This document shows, piece by piece, positions 9,438-19,097 of a stretch of 64,000 bases of DNA. The stretch is from an uncultured Spirochaetaceae bacterium (lineage in GTDB: Bacteria > Myxococcota_A > UBA9160 > UBA4427): assembly GCA_964565565.1 (NCBI GenBank), contig CAZMFM010000001.1, positions 3,883 through 67,882 of the forward strand, given 5' to 3'. The translations under genes and the position numbers were made by a program. The notes under the pieces are model-generated. The model was not told the origin of the DNA. It made no database searches and saw only the letters and a list, made by a program, of their open reading frames with translations. Within the stretch, counting starts at the first letter, position 1, and each line of letters begins with the position of its first letter.

Positions 9438-9677
9438 GTCTTGTAGCTCCTGCTTATGCTTTTTCCGTTTGCGTGCATCGCGTAGATTGCGCTCATTGCG
9501 CTCTCATACGTTCTCTACACGCTTTCTTTACGCTGACCCGGTTCGTACCGGCTTCATGCGATCTGTCGCCAGATCGGCAGCGTCGGGAAACTCGCTGTTT
9601 TTAGGTCGTTTTTCGAATCGCGGGAGTTTGACAGAGGGTTCGGTGCCTGGCAACGCCATCGGCCCGCTTTTCCTGCT

Positions 9678-10625
9678 TCAAGTCGACTCTCTCGGTAGTA
9701 CCCGGAGCGGCCAGAGCCGGCGATCGGCTCGAAGCTCCGCCACAGCCATGAAGCCCCCATCGGCGTCGAGAATCGACACCCGCGCCCCCGGCGCCATGCG
9801 CGGAAGGTCTCCGGAGGGCAGATCACCGCCATTGCGTAGTCGGATCTGCTGTTCGCCGGCCACTCGATGGACGGGAAATCCCAACGCCTCATCCATCGGA
9901 ACCATCAAGGATTCGATCGTTCCCGCGCTCGCAGCCGCCTCGAAGACCTCGACCGTGTGGGCAGCATCGAGCAGAAAGGGCCCGCTCAGAGTCCTACGCA
10001 ACGCGCCCAGGTGCGCGCCACAACCCAAACGCTCACCCAGATCCGCCGCGATCACGCGGACGTAGGTTCCAGAACTACAAAGCACACGTACGTCGACCTC
10101 AGGCGACTCGAAGCGCAGGAGTTCCAACTCCTCGATCGTGACCCATTTCGGGTCGCGTTCGACCTCTTCGCCCCGCCGAGCCAATTTGTGGAGCGGGACA
10201 CCGTCTTTCTTGACCGCGCTGTACATCGGCGGAATTTGCTGGATATCGCCGCGAAATTTGGCCAAAGCCTCCTCGACGGCCTCCCGGTCCGGTAGCGCCC
10301 CCGAGAACTCGCGCAGGACGACGCCCTCCCGGTCGAGCGTATCGGTCTCCGAACCCAGCACGATCGTCCCGTCATAGCCCTTCTTCGCGCTACCCATGAA
10401 GGGAATCAATTTCGTCGCACCACGGATCGCCAGGGGCAGTACACCCGTCGCCTGGGGGTCCAGCGTGCCCAGATGTCCAACTCGCCGCGTGCCGAACCAG
10501 CGCCGAGCCTCGTCGACCACATCATGAGAAGTCCGACCGGCCGGTTTGTCGACGACGACGAAACCCGACGGACCCGGCGGCTCGGGCCGCTTTCGCTTCT
10601 GATTGCGACGATTAAACCTCGCCAT
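9678..10625 (-). CDS. truB: tRNA pseudouridine(55) synthase
   Basis: GFVVVDKPAGRTSHDVV..VGHLGTLDPQATGVLPL (catalytic Asp motif). ATG 10625 overlaps the rbfA stop by 14 nt; the track start at 10676 is less likely. Confidence 0.92.
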   Translation of the reverse strand: MARFNRRNQKRKRPEPPGPSGFVVVDKPAGRTSHDVVDEARRWFGTRRVGHLGTLDPQATGVLPLAIRGATKLIPFMGSAKKGYDGTIVLGSETDTLDREGVVLREFSGALPDREAVEEALAKFRGDIQQIPPMYSAVKKDGVPLHKLARRGEEVERDPKWVTIEELELLRFESPEVDVRVLCSSGTYVRVIAADLGERLGCGAHLGALRRTLSGPFLLDAAHTVEVFEAAASAGTIESLMVPMDEALGFPVHRVAGEQQIRLRNGGDLPSGDLPRMAPGARVSILDADGGFMAVAELRADRRLWPLRVLPREST

Positions 10626-11019
10626 TTTCCTCGCTCGATTCGGCTTCGGAAGCCTCTTGCACGGGTTGAACATCAAGGGAGCGGATCAGCGAGAGGGTTT
10701 CTGTCCCTTCGGCGATTGAATCATCGAGAATGAAGCGCAGACTCGGCGTGTGTCGAAGCTTGATGCGCTTCGATAACGAGCGCCTAACGAAACCGGTCAC
10801 CGCCAACATCGCCTCTTCGAGCTCTCTCGCCCGATCTTCGTCCGGATCCTCTCCGAGGGGGCTGTAGAAAATCGTCGCCGCACCCATGTCCGAGGCGACT
10901 TTCACGCGCGTGATCGTCAACAGCCGCAGCCGCGGATCGCGCACCTCCTCGCGAAGGATCTCTGACAGCTCACCACGAATCTGCTCCGCAACGCGCCGCA
11001 ACCGCACCGAATCGGCCAA
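10612..11019 (-). CDS. rbfA: Ribosome-binding factor A
   Basis: RVAEQIRGELSEILREEVRDPRL..LTITRVKVASDMGAATIFYS. Position in the nusA-infB operon also fits. Confidence 0.9.
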   Translation of the reverse strand: MADSVRLRRVAEQIRGELSEILREEVRDPRLRLLTITRVKVASDMGAATIFYSPLGEDPDEDRARELEEAMLAVTGFVRRSLSKRIKLRHTPSLRFILDDSIAEGTETLSLIRSLDVQPVQEASEAESSEENGEV

Positions 11020-11024
11020 GACAG

Positions 11025-11444
11025 CTACTCCTCTTCATCCTCTGCTCGCTGGCCCAGATCCCGGGACCACGGCAGGTCTTCTTCTTCTCGTTCATCCGAC
11101 ATCGAGCCGCCAACGGTCGTCGCTTCGAGCGGCAGCCGAATCATTTCGATCTCGCTTCCAACCACCTCAGCCAGATGGGTCTCTTCAACAAAGCGCACGG
11201 CCTTCTCGAGTGCTCGACGAAGCGGAATCTCCTCGCTCCCCGTCATCGACATACCGATCACCGCTCGCTGCCAGGTCCCCTGTCCTCCGACCTCACTCAC
11301 CGAAATATTGAACCGACTTCGCAAGCGCCCCGCGATCGACCGAACGACCCCGCGCTTCGCCTTCAACGACTGCGACTCATGAACCCGAATCTCAACAACA
11401 GCCGCCCCAACAATCACGACCAATCCACTCGAACGACAGAGCAA
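11025..11444 (-). CDS. DUF503 (YlxP-like) protein
   Basis: ..EIRVHESQSLKAKRGVVRSI..RFNISVSEVGGQGTWQRAVIGMSM.. matches the YlxP family found between infB and rbfA. The exact start is uncertain. Confidence 0.8.
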   Translation of the reverse strand: MLCRSSGLVVIVGAAVVEIRVHESQSLKAKRGVVRSIAGRLRSRFNISVSEVGGQGTWQRAVIGMSMTGSEEIPLRRALEKAVRFVEETHLAEVVGSEIEMIRLPLEATTVGGSMSDEREEEDLPWSRDLGQRAEDEEE

Positions 11445-11627
11445 TCAATAAACGAAACCACGAAAGCGCCCCACTCACCGATCTCTCGTCATATCAACAT
11501 CGCCAACCCGCCTCGAGCCCAGCAGAATCCACCACTCTACTCCGCCGAGCCCAGCAAAACCCGCCGGCCAACTCCGGCGAGCCGACTGCGAAAGCGTCCC
11601 TGTTAGCGTGATCGCGCGTGGCGAGCC

Positions 11628-11686
11628 CGACGCGCAAAGCGCGTCGATAAAGAGCCGCGGCTTACGATCTCGGCGGGAGGCCCGCC
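11628..11686 (-). other. Two GC-rich stem-loops immediately downstream of infB (possible attenuator or processing structures; no U-tract)
   Basis: GGCGGG-AGG-CCCGCC at 11672-11686 is a 6-bp stem, 8 nt after the infB stop. CGACGCGC-AAA-GCGCGTCG at 11628-11646 is a perfect 8-bp stem. Neither is followed by a T-run on the minus strand. Confidence 0.3.
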
Positions 11687-11693
11687 TCGCTCG

Positions 11694-14213
11694 TCAGAGC
11701 GTGGCGGGTCTTTCGTCGAGCTCGTAAGCCTCGATGATGTCCCCAACCTTGATGTCGTTGTAGGTCGCCACGCCGATGCCGCATTCCATTCCGTTGATCA
11801 CTTCCTTGACGTCATCCTTGAAGCGTCGCAGGGAGCCAATCGTTCCCGTGTAGACCTGAATCCCGTCGCGCACGACGCGACAATGCGCATGTCGGATTAT
11901 CTTGCCTTCCAGGATGTAGGAACCCGCGATCGTACCGAGCTTGGGGATCGTGAACGTCTCACGGATCTCGGCCCGACCGATCATCTTCTCCGTCACGATC
12001 GCCGGCAACAGACCCGCCATCGCCGCTTTCACGTCATCGAGCATCTCCATGATGATCGAGTAGGTCCGAATCTCGACACCTGCGGAATCCGAGAGCTTTC
12101 GAGCCGCCGGGTCCGGGCGAACGTTGAAGCCCAACACGATCGTACTGCTCGCGGAAGCCAGGTTGACGTCGTTTTCGACGATCGCCCCGACGCCCGACGA
12201 GACGACGTGCAACTTCACCTCGTCCGTCGACAACTTCTCGAGCGCATCACGCGCTGCTTCGCAGGTTCCTTGGACATCGGCCTTCAAGACGACTGAGAGT
12301 TCCTTCGGCCCCTCCGTCGTCGACTGTGCATAGAACTCGTCGAGGGTCAGCCGCGGCTTCGGTGCGGCCGTCTGTCCGCGCTGTTGATCTGCGCGATGCT
12401 CGATGATCTGCTTCGCGACGCGATCGCTCTCGACGGAGTGAAACGCGGCACCTGCTGAAGGAACACCCGAAAGACCGGTGATCTGAACCGGCGTGGAGGG
12501 TCCAGCTTCTTTGATGTTCGCGCCGGTGTCGTCACGCATCTGACGAACGCGACCCCACTCGGTCCCGACAACGATCGAATCACCCTTCTTTAGTGAGCCA
12601 TCTTGCACGATTACGGTCGCAACCGGGCCGCGGCCCTTGTCGAGTTGCGCTTCGAGCACCACACCACTCGCTCGCTTCGTCGCGTCGGCCCTCAGCTCGA
12701 GAACCTCCGCCTGCAAAGCGAGCATCTCGAGCAGCTGCTCAATTCCCTCGCCGGTCTTGGCCGACACATTCACGCAGATCACATCGCCACCGAAGTCCTC
12801 CGGCACGAGATTGTGTTCGGTCAGTCGCTGGCGCGCCTTCTCGGGATCGGCGTCTGGGAGATCGCATTTATTCACCGCAACCAGGATCGGACATCCCGCT
12901 GCCTGGGCATGCTCGATTGCCTCGACCGTCTGCGGCATCACGCCTTCGGTAGCCGCGATGACCAGGACGACGAGGTCCGTCACGGCCGCGCCACGCGCAC
13001 GCATCGCCGTGAAGGCCGCATGACCGGGGGTGTCGATGAAGGTCAACGCATGGTCCAGGGCCGAAACCTGATAGGCCCCGACATGCTGCGTGATCCCACC
13101 GGCTTCGCCGTCAGTCACATTCGTTTTGCGAATCGCGTCGAGCAAAGAAGTCTTGCCATGATCGACATGGCCCATCACGGTGATGATCGGCGGCCGCACC
13201 TTCCGGTTTTCGCTGGACTCGGAGTCAACCACCGCCTCGATGGGCGTCGTCTCGAGGAAATCCTCTTCCTTGAAACCGACATCGCTCGCTTCGAAGCCCA
13301 TCTCCGCAGAGATCTTCTGGACCGTCTCGAAATTGATGCGCTGATTGACCGAAACCATGATGCCGTGCGCCATCAATTTGCCCTGAATTGCGGGGGCCTT
13401 GAGACCGGCCTGCTTCGAAAGCTCGCCGATACTGATGTCGCCCGACACTTTCACGTGACGCGTCTTGCTCGCTTCGACCGCGGCAGCGGTCGGCTTGGGC
13501 GAAAGCTTGTCGCGACGACGCGCACGAGGATTGATAGCCGAGCGGGGCGCGGTCGTAACGACACGGCGTTGGCCCGAACTGCGGCTGGTAATCTGCCGCG
13601 CAAATTGCTCCTGCTCCTGCAGGTTGACGACTTCGCGTACGCGCTTTCGTTGCTTTCCTTTGCGGTCGGCGGCACCGCCCGCATCGGGCGTGCCAGGACC
13701 ACTTCGGCCGTCGCGCGGACTCGCCGGTGTCGATGTCTTCGCCGGGCTGGTCGGACTGGTAGGACTGGTCGGAGCGGATTCGCCCTTCGCAGCCGGCGGC
13801 GCGGCGCCACCTTCGGCGACCGCGGTCACGCCCTCTCCCGCTGCTTCAGCGGTCACTTCAGCAGAAACGGCGCCTTCCTCTACGACTGCGGCAGCGCCTT
13901 CGACCGGCGCGGTAACCGCGAGGTCTTCGACGACTTCCGGCGCAACGACGGGCTCTGGAGGCGGTTCCGGCTCCTTGCGTCGCCGACGGCGTACGACGGT
14001 CGTGCCGCCCTTGCCTTCGAGACGATGCTCGTCCATCGCGCGCTTCTTACGCGTTGCACCACCAATTTTTTCGCGCAGAAGGTCGACGGTGTCATCGTCC
14101 AGCGAAGCCATCGCGTTCTTGAGCTCGACGCCATGCGACGCCGCTTGCTCAACAAACTCGTTACGATCAATCCCAAGCTCTTCCGCGAGCTTATATGCCC
14201 TGATGTTTGCCAT
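11694..14213 (-). CDS. infB: Translation initiation factor IF-2
   Basis: 839 aa. G domain VTVMGHVDHGKTSLLD..DTPGHAAF..NKCD. The N-terminal region is low complexity and Pro/Ala/Ser-rich (TSPTSPTSPAKTS). Confidence 0.97.
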   Translation of the reverse strand: MANIRAYKLAEELGIDRNEFVEQAASHGVELKNAMASLDDDTVDLLREKIGGATRKKRAMDEHRLEGKGGTTVVRRRRRKEPEPPPEPVVAPEVVEDLAVTAPVEGAAAVVEEGAVSAEVTAEAAGEGVTAVAEGGAAPPAAKGESAPTSPTSPTSPAKTSTPASPRDGRSGPGTPDAGGAADRKGKQRKRVREVVNLQEQEQFARQITSRSSGQRRVVTTAPRSAINPRARRRDKLSPKPTAAAVEASKTRHVKVSGDISIGELSKQAGLKAPAIQGKLMAHGIMVSVNQRINFETVQKISAEMGFEASDVGFKEEDFLETTPIEAVVDSESSENRKVRPPIITVMGHVDHGKTSLLDAIRKTNVTDGEAGGITQHVGAYQVSALDHALTFIDTPGHAAFTAMRARGAAVTDLVVLVIAATEGVMPQTVEAIEHAQAAGCPILVAVNKCDLPDADPEKARQRLTEHNLVPEDFGGDVICVNVSAKTGEGIEQLLEMLALQAEVLELRADATKRASGVVLEAQLDKGRGPVATVIVQDGSLKKGDSIVVGTEWGRVRQMRDDTGANIKEAGPSTPVQITGLSGVPSAGAAFHSVESDRVAKQIIEHRADQQRGQTAAPKPRLTLDEFYAQSTTEGPKELSVVLKADVQGTCEAARDALEKLSTDEVKLHVVSSGVGAIVENDVNLASASSTIVLGFNVRPDPAARKLSDSAGVEIRTYSIIMEMLDDVKAAMAGLLPAIVTEKMIGRAEIRETFTIPKLGTIAGSYILEGKIIRHAHCRVVRDGIQVYTGTIGSLRRFKDDVKEVINGMECGIGVATYNDIKVGDIIEAYELDERPATL

Positions 14214-14310
14214 CGATTCCTGCGTTCATCCCTGCGTAGTTCGTGCGCTTAATTCATGCTTGAATCCAACCGAACGTCTGGCCCCTGCCCACGTTCGTCA
14301 CTTTCCCTGC

Positions 14311-15705
14311 TCAATCTTCCTGGTCCGCGGCCGGCTCGGTGCCTGCTGCGGCTTCGGCGCTCGCGGCCTCGCGAGCTTCTGCGGCCGCCGCCTCCGCCTC
14401 CGCTCGAAGCCTTGCTTGTTCTTCAAGCTCGAGACGTGCCTTTTCCTCGTCTTCGGTCACCTTGACGCCCACGAGCTCAGCGGCCTGAGCCTTGATGCGC
14501 TCGGCGCCCGCCTCATCAATACCGGGCAAGACAGACAAGACATCCGTCGAACACTCAGCAAGATCTTCGAGCGACGTAATTCCCTGTTGCAGCAAGAGAT
14601 CCGCCTCGGGATCACCACAGCCCTCGACAACGGACACGGCTCGCGAGAGCCATTCGGCGATCTCCCGCATCTTCGTTTCGCTCTTGATGTCGATTCGCCA
14701 GTCCGTCAGCTGTACGGCCAAGCGAACATTCTGTCCGCGTCGGCCAATCGCGAGTGAGAGCTGATCGTCTGGAACGATGACGTCCATCGACTTCTGCGCC
14801 TCATCGATGATCACCTTCGAGACCTGAGCCGGCGAAAGCGCACTGCAGACATAACGCGCGGTGTCCGGGCTCCAGGGGACGATATCGATTCGTTCTCCGC
14901 GAAGTTCCTGGACCACGGCCTGAACGCGACTGCCCTTCATTCCGACGCAAGCGCCGACCGGATCGACGTCGCTGTCGCGTGAGACCACCGCGATTTTCGA
15001 ACGACCGCCCGGCTCGCGCGCGGCCGACTCGATGGAAACGATCTTCTCGTACATCTCCGGCACTTCTTGCTCGAAGAGCTTGATCAGGAAGTCGATCGAC
15101 GCGCGGGACAACACGATCTGCGGGCCCTTGGCGACCTTGTTGACTTCCACCACGTAGGCGCGGATTCGATCGCCGGGGCGATAGCTTTCGCGGGGAACCT
15201 GTTCTTTGGCGGGAATGATCGCTTCGGCGCGGCCGAGGTCGACGACGATCGCGCCTTTTTCGAAGCGGCGAACGATGCCGTTGACGATCTCGCCCTGGCG
15301 TCCGGTGTATTCGTCGAAGGTATTGTCACGCTCGGCATCCCGGATTCGCTGGATGATCACCTGTTTCGCAGCCTGAGCGAGGATTCGACCGAATCCCGAC
15401 GTATCGAGTTTGACGCCGATTTCGTCACCGGTCTCGACATCCGGGTCGTAATCTCGCTTGGCGTCGGAAATCAGGATCTGGGTCTCTGCATCGGTGATCG
15501 TCTCGACCACCTCACGAAATTCAAAGAGCTCGACTTCGCCGATCTCGTCGTTGTATTTCGCTTCGATTTCCTTGTCCTGGCCAAAGCGCTTGCGCGCGGC
15601 CTGGCGCATGGCTTCCTCGAGCGCACCGGTAATTTCCGATGACTCGATGCCTTTGTCTTTGGCGATCTGATCGATCTCACGCTTGAGATTCAAGCCCAGC
15701 ATCAT
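14311..15705 (-). CDS. nusA: Transcription termination/antitermination factor NusA
   Basis: 464 aa with N-terminal, S1 and two KH domains (GACVGMKGSRVQAV..; AIGRRGQNVRLA). Overlaps the rimP stop by 4 nt. Confidence 0.96.
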   Translation of the reverse strand: MMLGLNLKREIDQIAKDKGIESSEITGALEEAMRQAARKRFGQDKEIEAKYNDEIGEVELFEFREVVETITDAETQILISDAKRDYDPDVETGDEIGVKLDTSGFGRILAQAAKQVIIQRIRDAERDNTFDEYTGRQGEIVNGIVRRFEKGAIVVDLGRAEAIIPAKEQVPRESYRPGDRIRAYVVEVNKVAKGPQIVLSRASIDFLIKLFEQEVPEMYEKIVSIESAAREPGGRSKIAVVSRDSDVDPVGACVGMKGSRVQAVVQELRGERIDIVPWSPDTARYVCSALSPAQVSKVIIDEAQKSMDVIVPDDQLSLAIGRRGQNVRLAVQLTDWRIDIKSETKMREIAEWLSRAVSVVEGCGDPEADLLLQQGITSLEDLAECSTDVLSVLPGIDEAGAERIKAQAAELVGVKVTEDEEKARLELEEQARLRAEAEAAAAEAREAASAEAAAGTEPAADQED

Positions 15706-16205
15706 TTTCCGCCCGGTTGGCTCGAGTGACGAGATGCAGACCCCTTGGCGAAGTCGGCACTCGTGAACTCATAAATCGAATTGGCCTTTTCTACATCTTC
15801 GAAGGGAATCAAGACCACCCCCCCCTCGATTCCGTCTACTTTCATCTGCAGCACGCCCGACTCGAATGAAACGAGTCGACCGCGAAAACGCTTTCGCCCA
15901 TCGATCGGACGCCCAGTCCGCAGCTTGATCTCGCGATCCATCGCTGCGGCAAAATCCTTCTCCCGACCGAGCACCCGATCCAAGCCCGGCGAAGAAACTT
16001 CCAACCGATAAGCACCCGACATCTGATCGGATGCATCGAGCAACGTTTCGATCTCACGCGAGATGGCAACGCATCGTTCGATCGAGACCCGACCATCGGA
16101 ATTGGGGTTGTCGACCGTGATTCGGACGAGTCCCATCCCCCGATTTTTCGCTACCTCGACGTTGACCAACTCACAATCGTGTTCCTCCACGATGGGCTCG
16201 ATCAA
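15702..16205 (-). CDS. rimP: Ribosome maturation factor RimP (the annotated TTG start is probably too short; see finding)
   Basis: ..IEPIVEEHDCELVNVEV..LRITVDN..YRLEVSSPGLDRVL. Lies immediately upstream of nusA. Confidence 0.88.
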   Translation of the reverse strand: MIEPIVEEHDCELVNVEVAKNRGMGLVRITVDNPNSDGRVSIERCVAISREIETLLDASDQMSGAYRLEVSSPGLDRVLGREKDFAAAMDREIKLRTGRPIDGRKRFRGRLVSFESGVLQMKVDGIEGGVVLIPFEDVEKANSIYEFTSADFAKGSASRHSSQPGGK

Positions 16206-16556
16206 CGCACGGAGCTCTTCCGGAATGTCTCGATAGATGCGCTGGCCTCCCTTTTACTTCTACTTCCTTCTACTTCTTCTACCCAACCCGCCCGACGTTC
16301 CGACTGGTCTCGGCGCGTGTCCCGTGCGTCGCAAGTCCAATCTCTAACCCTCGGCTACAAAACAAAAAAAAGCGGACGAAACGCCCACTTTTCCGGCGGT
16401 TTCGAATCGCCGATCCGTCTCTGAGGCTTCGCCTGCCCCAGTGTCATCACGCCGATCGACCCGAAAAGCTCTACCTGCAAGACCTGGACGGCCTTGAAAG
16501 CCCGCGCAAATTAAGTGAATGGTGCCCCGATCGCAAGCAACACACGACTTTTGAGC

Positions 16557-17489
16557 TCACCCCCTCGGGGCTTCGAGCGCTCCGGTCAAATCCGTGACCC
16601 GTTCGAACCCGTGGCGGCGTGCATAGTCGGCGATCCCGACCGCAATCGCCTGGGCCGCGGACGGGTTCAGGTAGTTGGCGGTGCCGACCTGGACGGCCGT
16701 TGCGCCACAGAGCATGAACTTCACCGCATCGTCCGCATCCACGATCCCACCGACACCGCAAACCGGAATCTCGACGGCCTGCGCGACCTGCCAGACCATG
16801 CGCAAAGCGATCGGTCGGATCGCCGGCCCAGAAAGGCCACCCAGGATGTTGGACAGCACCGGTCGACGCGTCTCGACGTCGACCTCCATCCCCTGGACCG
16901 CGTTGATCAGCGTGACCCCGTCCGCCCCCTCGCCTTCACAGACCCGCGCCATCTCGGCAATATGCGTGACGTTAGGCGAAAGTTTGACCAGCAAGGGTCG
17001 CGTCGTCACAGCGCGAACCGTGCGCACCAACTCGGCCAACAGCTTCGGGTCCTGCCCGAACTCGATCCCGCCCGCTTTCACATGCGGGCACGAGGCGTTG
17101 ATCTCGATCCCGGCGATTCGCGGATGCTCTGAAACCCGCGCCGCAAGTTCCGCATAGACGGAGGGCTCCGTCCCGAAGGCGCTCGCAATCACGACGACAC
17201 CCTCCGGCAACGCGGGCAGCTTTTCCTCCAGGAAGGCCTTCACACCGACGTTTTCGATGCTGATCGCATTGAGCATGCCAGCCGGGGTTTCAGCGATACG
17301 CGGTGGCGGGTTCCCAAAACGCGGTTCGAGCGTGAGGCTCTTCGCAACGAAGCCGCCAATTTTTTCGAGATCGAGGAAGGGGGCGAATTCGGTGCCGTAG
17401 CCGAAGGTTCCCGAGGCCGTCAACACTGGATTGCGTAGAGCGATGCCGGCAAAATCGATTCGCTCATCGACCGCTTCGCGCTCGCTCAT
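16557..17489 (-). CDS. pyrD: Dihydroorotate dehydrogenase, class 1B catalytic subunit
   Basis: ..FAGIALRNPVLTASGTFGYG.., NASCPH and GGLSGPAIRPIAL. ATG 17489 forms an ATGA overlap with the pyrK stop. Confidence 0.92.
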   Translation of the reverse strand: MSEREAVDERIDFAGIALRNPVLTASGTFGYGTEFAPFLDLEKIGGFVAKSLTLEPRFGNPPPRIAETPAGMLNAISIENVGVKAFLEEKLPALPEGVVVIASAFGTEPSVYAELAARVSEHPRIAGIEINASCPHVKAGGIEFGQDPKLLAELVRTVRAVTTRPLLVKLSPNVTHIAEMARVCEGEGADGVTLINAVQGMEVDVETRRPVLSNILGGLSGPAIRPIALRMVWQVAQAVEIPVCGVGGIVDADDAVKFMLCGATAVQVGTANYLNPSAAQAIAVGIADYARRHGFERVTDLTGALEAPRG

Positions 17490-18370
17490 GGCAGACCCTC
17501 CCAATCGATCTCACTCGCTTCGAAGACGGGCCCCGCTCGGCAGACCAGAGAAAATCCACCCTCTGCGCGTGGCGCCGCACACCCCAGACAGACCCCGAAT
17601 CCGCAGGCCATCGGGTTCTCGAGAGAAACGAAACAATCGATGGAGCTCGTCGCACAGAGCTCGGCACAGGCCTTCATCATCGGCGTCGGCCCGACCGCGT
17701 AAACGGTCGCTCCGGTCCCCTCGCCGGCCGCGGCGAGGCGATCGGCCAACGGCCCCGTCACCTGCCCGGGAACACCATCGCTTCCGTCATCGGTCGTGCA
17801 GATCAATTCAAGATCGAGGGCATTGAACTCGCCGCGCGCCATCAGATCCGACGCACTTCTCGCCCCGAGAATCACGAGCACAGATCGCCCTACGGCAATC
17901 AGGGCCTGCGCCAATTCGTAGAGCGACGCGATTCCGGTCCCGCCACCGACGAGAATCGCCAGCCCGGGGTGCTCTTCGATCGGAAAGCCACGACCGAGCG
18001 GGCCCACGAGCTTGATGGCCTCACCCGGCTTCGCCTCGGACAGCAATCGCGTGCCACGCCCGACGATCCGGTAGAGCAATTCGACCTGCGGTACGTCTCG
18101 ATCGCCAGCCTCGCCATCCGGCCCCGACCCCAGCTCCCGATAGACGGCCATCGGACGCGGCAGGAGCGGGTCCTGTCGTGGCACCGCGCCCTCTGCGCCC
18201 GCACCGATCATCACGAATTGACCGGGAATCGAGCCTGGCCAGTCCGGAACGCTCAGTCGCAAACGCCGGCCTGGCCCGTCGGGCTGATTCGAAAGCACCC
18301 GCGCAAGGGTCCGTACCGGGGCTGCTTCGGCTTCGATCGCGGAACTCATCTCGGCAGCCTGCTCCATCAA
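17486..18370 (-). CDS. pyrK: Dihydroorotate dehydrogenase electron-transfer subunit (FAD/[2Fe-2S])
   Basis: Ferredoxin-reductase-like fold with the C-terminal Cys cluster ..MACGFGVCLGCA..LVCRAGP. Translationally coupled to pyrD. Confidence 0.85.
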   Translation of the reverse strand: MMEQAAEMSSAIEAEAAPVRTLARVLSNQPDGPGRRLRLSVPDWPGSIPGQFVMIGAGAEGAVPRQDPLLPRPMAVYRELGSGPDGEAGDRDVPQVELLYRIVGRGTRLLSEAKPGEAIKLVGPLGRGFPIEEHPGLAILVGGGTGIASLYELAQALIAVGRSVLVILGARSASDLMARGEFNALDLELICTTDDGSDGVPGQVTGPLADRLAAAGEGTGATVYAVGPTPMMKACAELCATSSIDCFVSLENPMACGFGVCLGCAAPRAEGGFSLVCRAGPVFEASEIDWEGLP

Positions 18371-18414
18371 TAATCAGGGACACGAAAGATCACGAAGAAA
18401 TCGCGACGAAGTCT

Positions 18415-18933
18415 TCAGCTGAAAATTCGACTCAGTATCAGGGCGTCATCGCCGTCGGGGTAATAGCGTGTACGCCTGCCCACGACCACGAAGCCAAGAC
18501 CGTCGTAGAGCCGTTGCGCCGCCTGATTCGCGGACGCCAATTCCAGCCGCGCCTCACTCAAGCCCGCCCGACCCTCCACTCCTAACAGCGCCTCCAACAA
18601 GCCGCGGGCCACGCCAACCCGGCGCATCGACGGCCGTACACCGACCAGGTCGATTTCGAGCAAATCCACGATGCGCCTCGCGAGCACGAAGCCCCCAACG
18701 ACAGCCGGCGTCGGGCCGGCGATTCCGCCGCCCGCCGCGACGCGAGTCCCTTCTGTGCCCACCGCCCCGGCAGCGCCCACGTCCTTACGCCGGGCGATCC
18801 AGGCCCGAGCCGCGGGATCTGCCAGAGCTGACTGAATCTGCTTGCGGCGCCATCCGGCCTCCTGAATCGCCGCGATTTCCTCGCTCACGGCCTCAGGGCA
18901 TGGGTCCTTAACGCTACATATCGCCCAATCCAC
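18415..18933 (-). CDS. rimI: GNAT N-acetyltransferase, RimI-like
   Basis: Acetyl-CoA motif VRPSMRRVGVARGLLEALL and the C-terminal ..NQAAQRLYDGLGFVVVGRRTRYYPDG.DALIL. Has a Gly/Ala-rich insertion. Confidence 0.7.
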   Translation of the reverse strand: MDWAICSVKDPCPEAVSEEIAAIQEAGWRRKQIQSALADPAARAWIARRKDVGAAGAVGTEGTRVAAGGGIAGPTPAVVGGFVLARRIVDLLEIDLVGVRPSMRRVGVARGLLEALLGVEGRAGLSEARLELASANQAAQRLYDGLGFVVVGRRTRYYPDGDDALILSRIFS

Positions 18934-19097
18934 AAGATCTCTCCCGCTCGCGTTTGTCTAGCCGATCTCTCCGAATCACAAAGCGAAATCGGCCATCAAG
19001 CACGCGGCACGCTGTGTCGATAGAGAGTCCGGGAAAAGCCCGACCCTGACCATCGACGCACGACCCGGACCCACGACTCCGGCAGCGAGAGGAAACC

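Noticed and set aside
12603-14757. Long antisense ORFs inside infB/nusA (12603..14252, 549 aa; 13465..14757, 430 aa)
   Set aside because: They lie opposite unmistakable IF-2/NusA coding sequence, and their composition is dominated by Arg, Ala and Ser. This is typical GC-rich shadow-frame behaviour.
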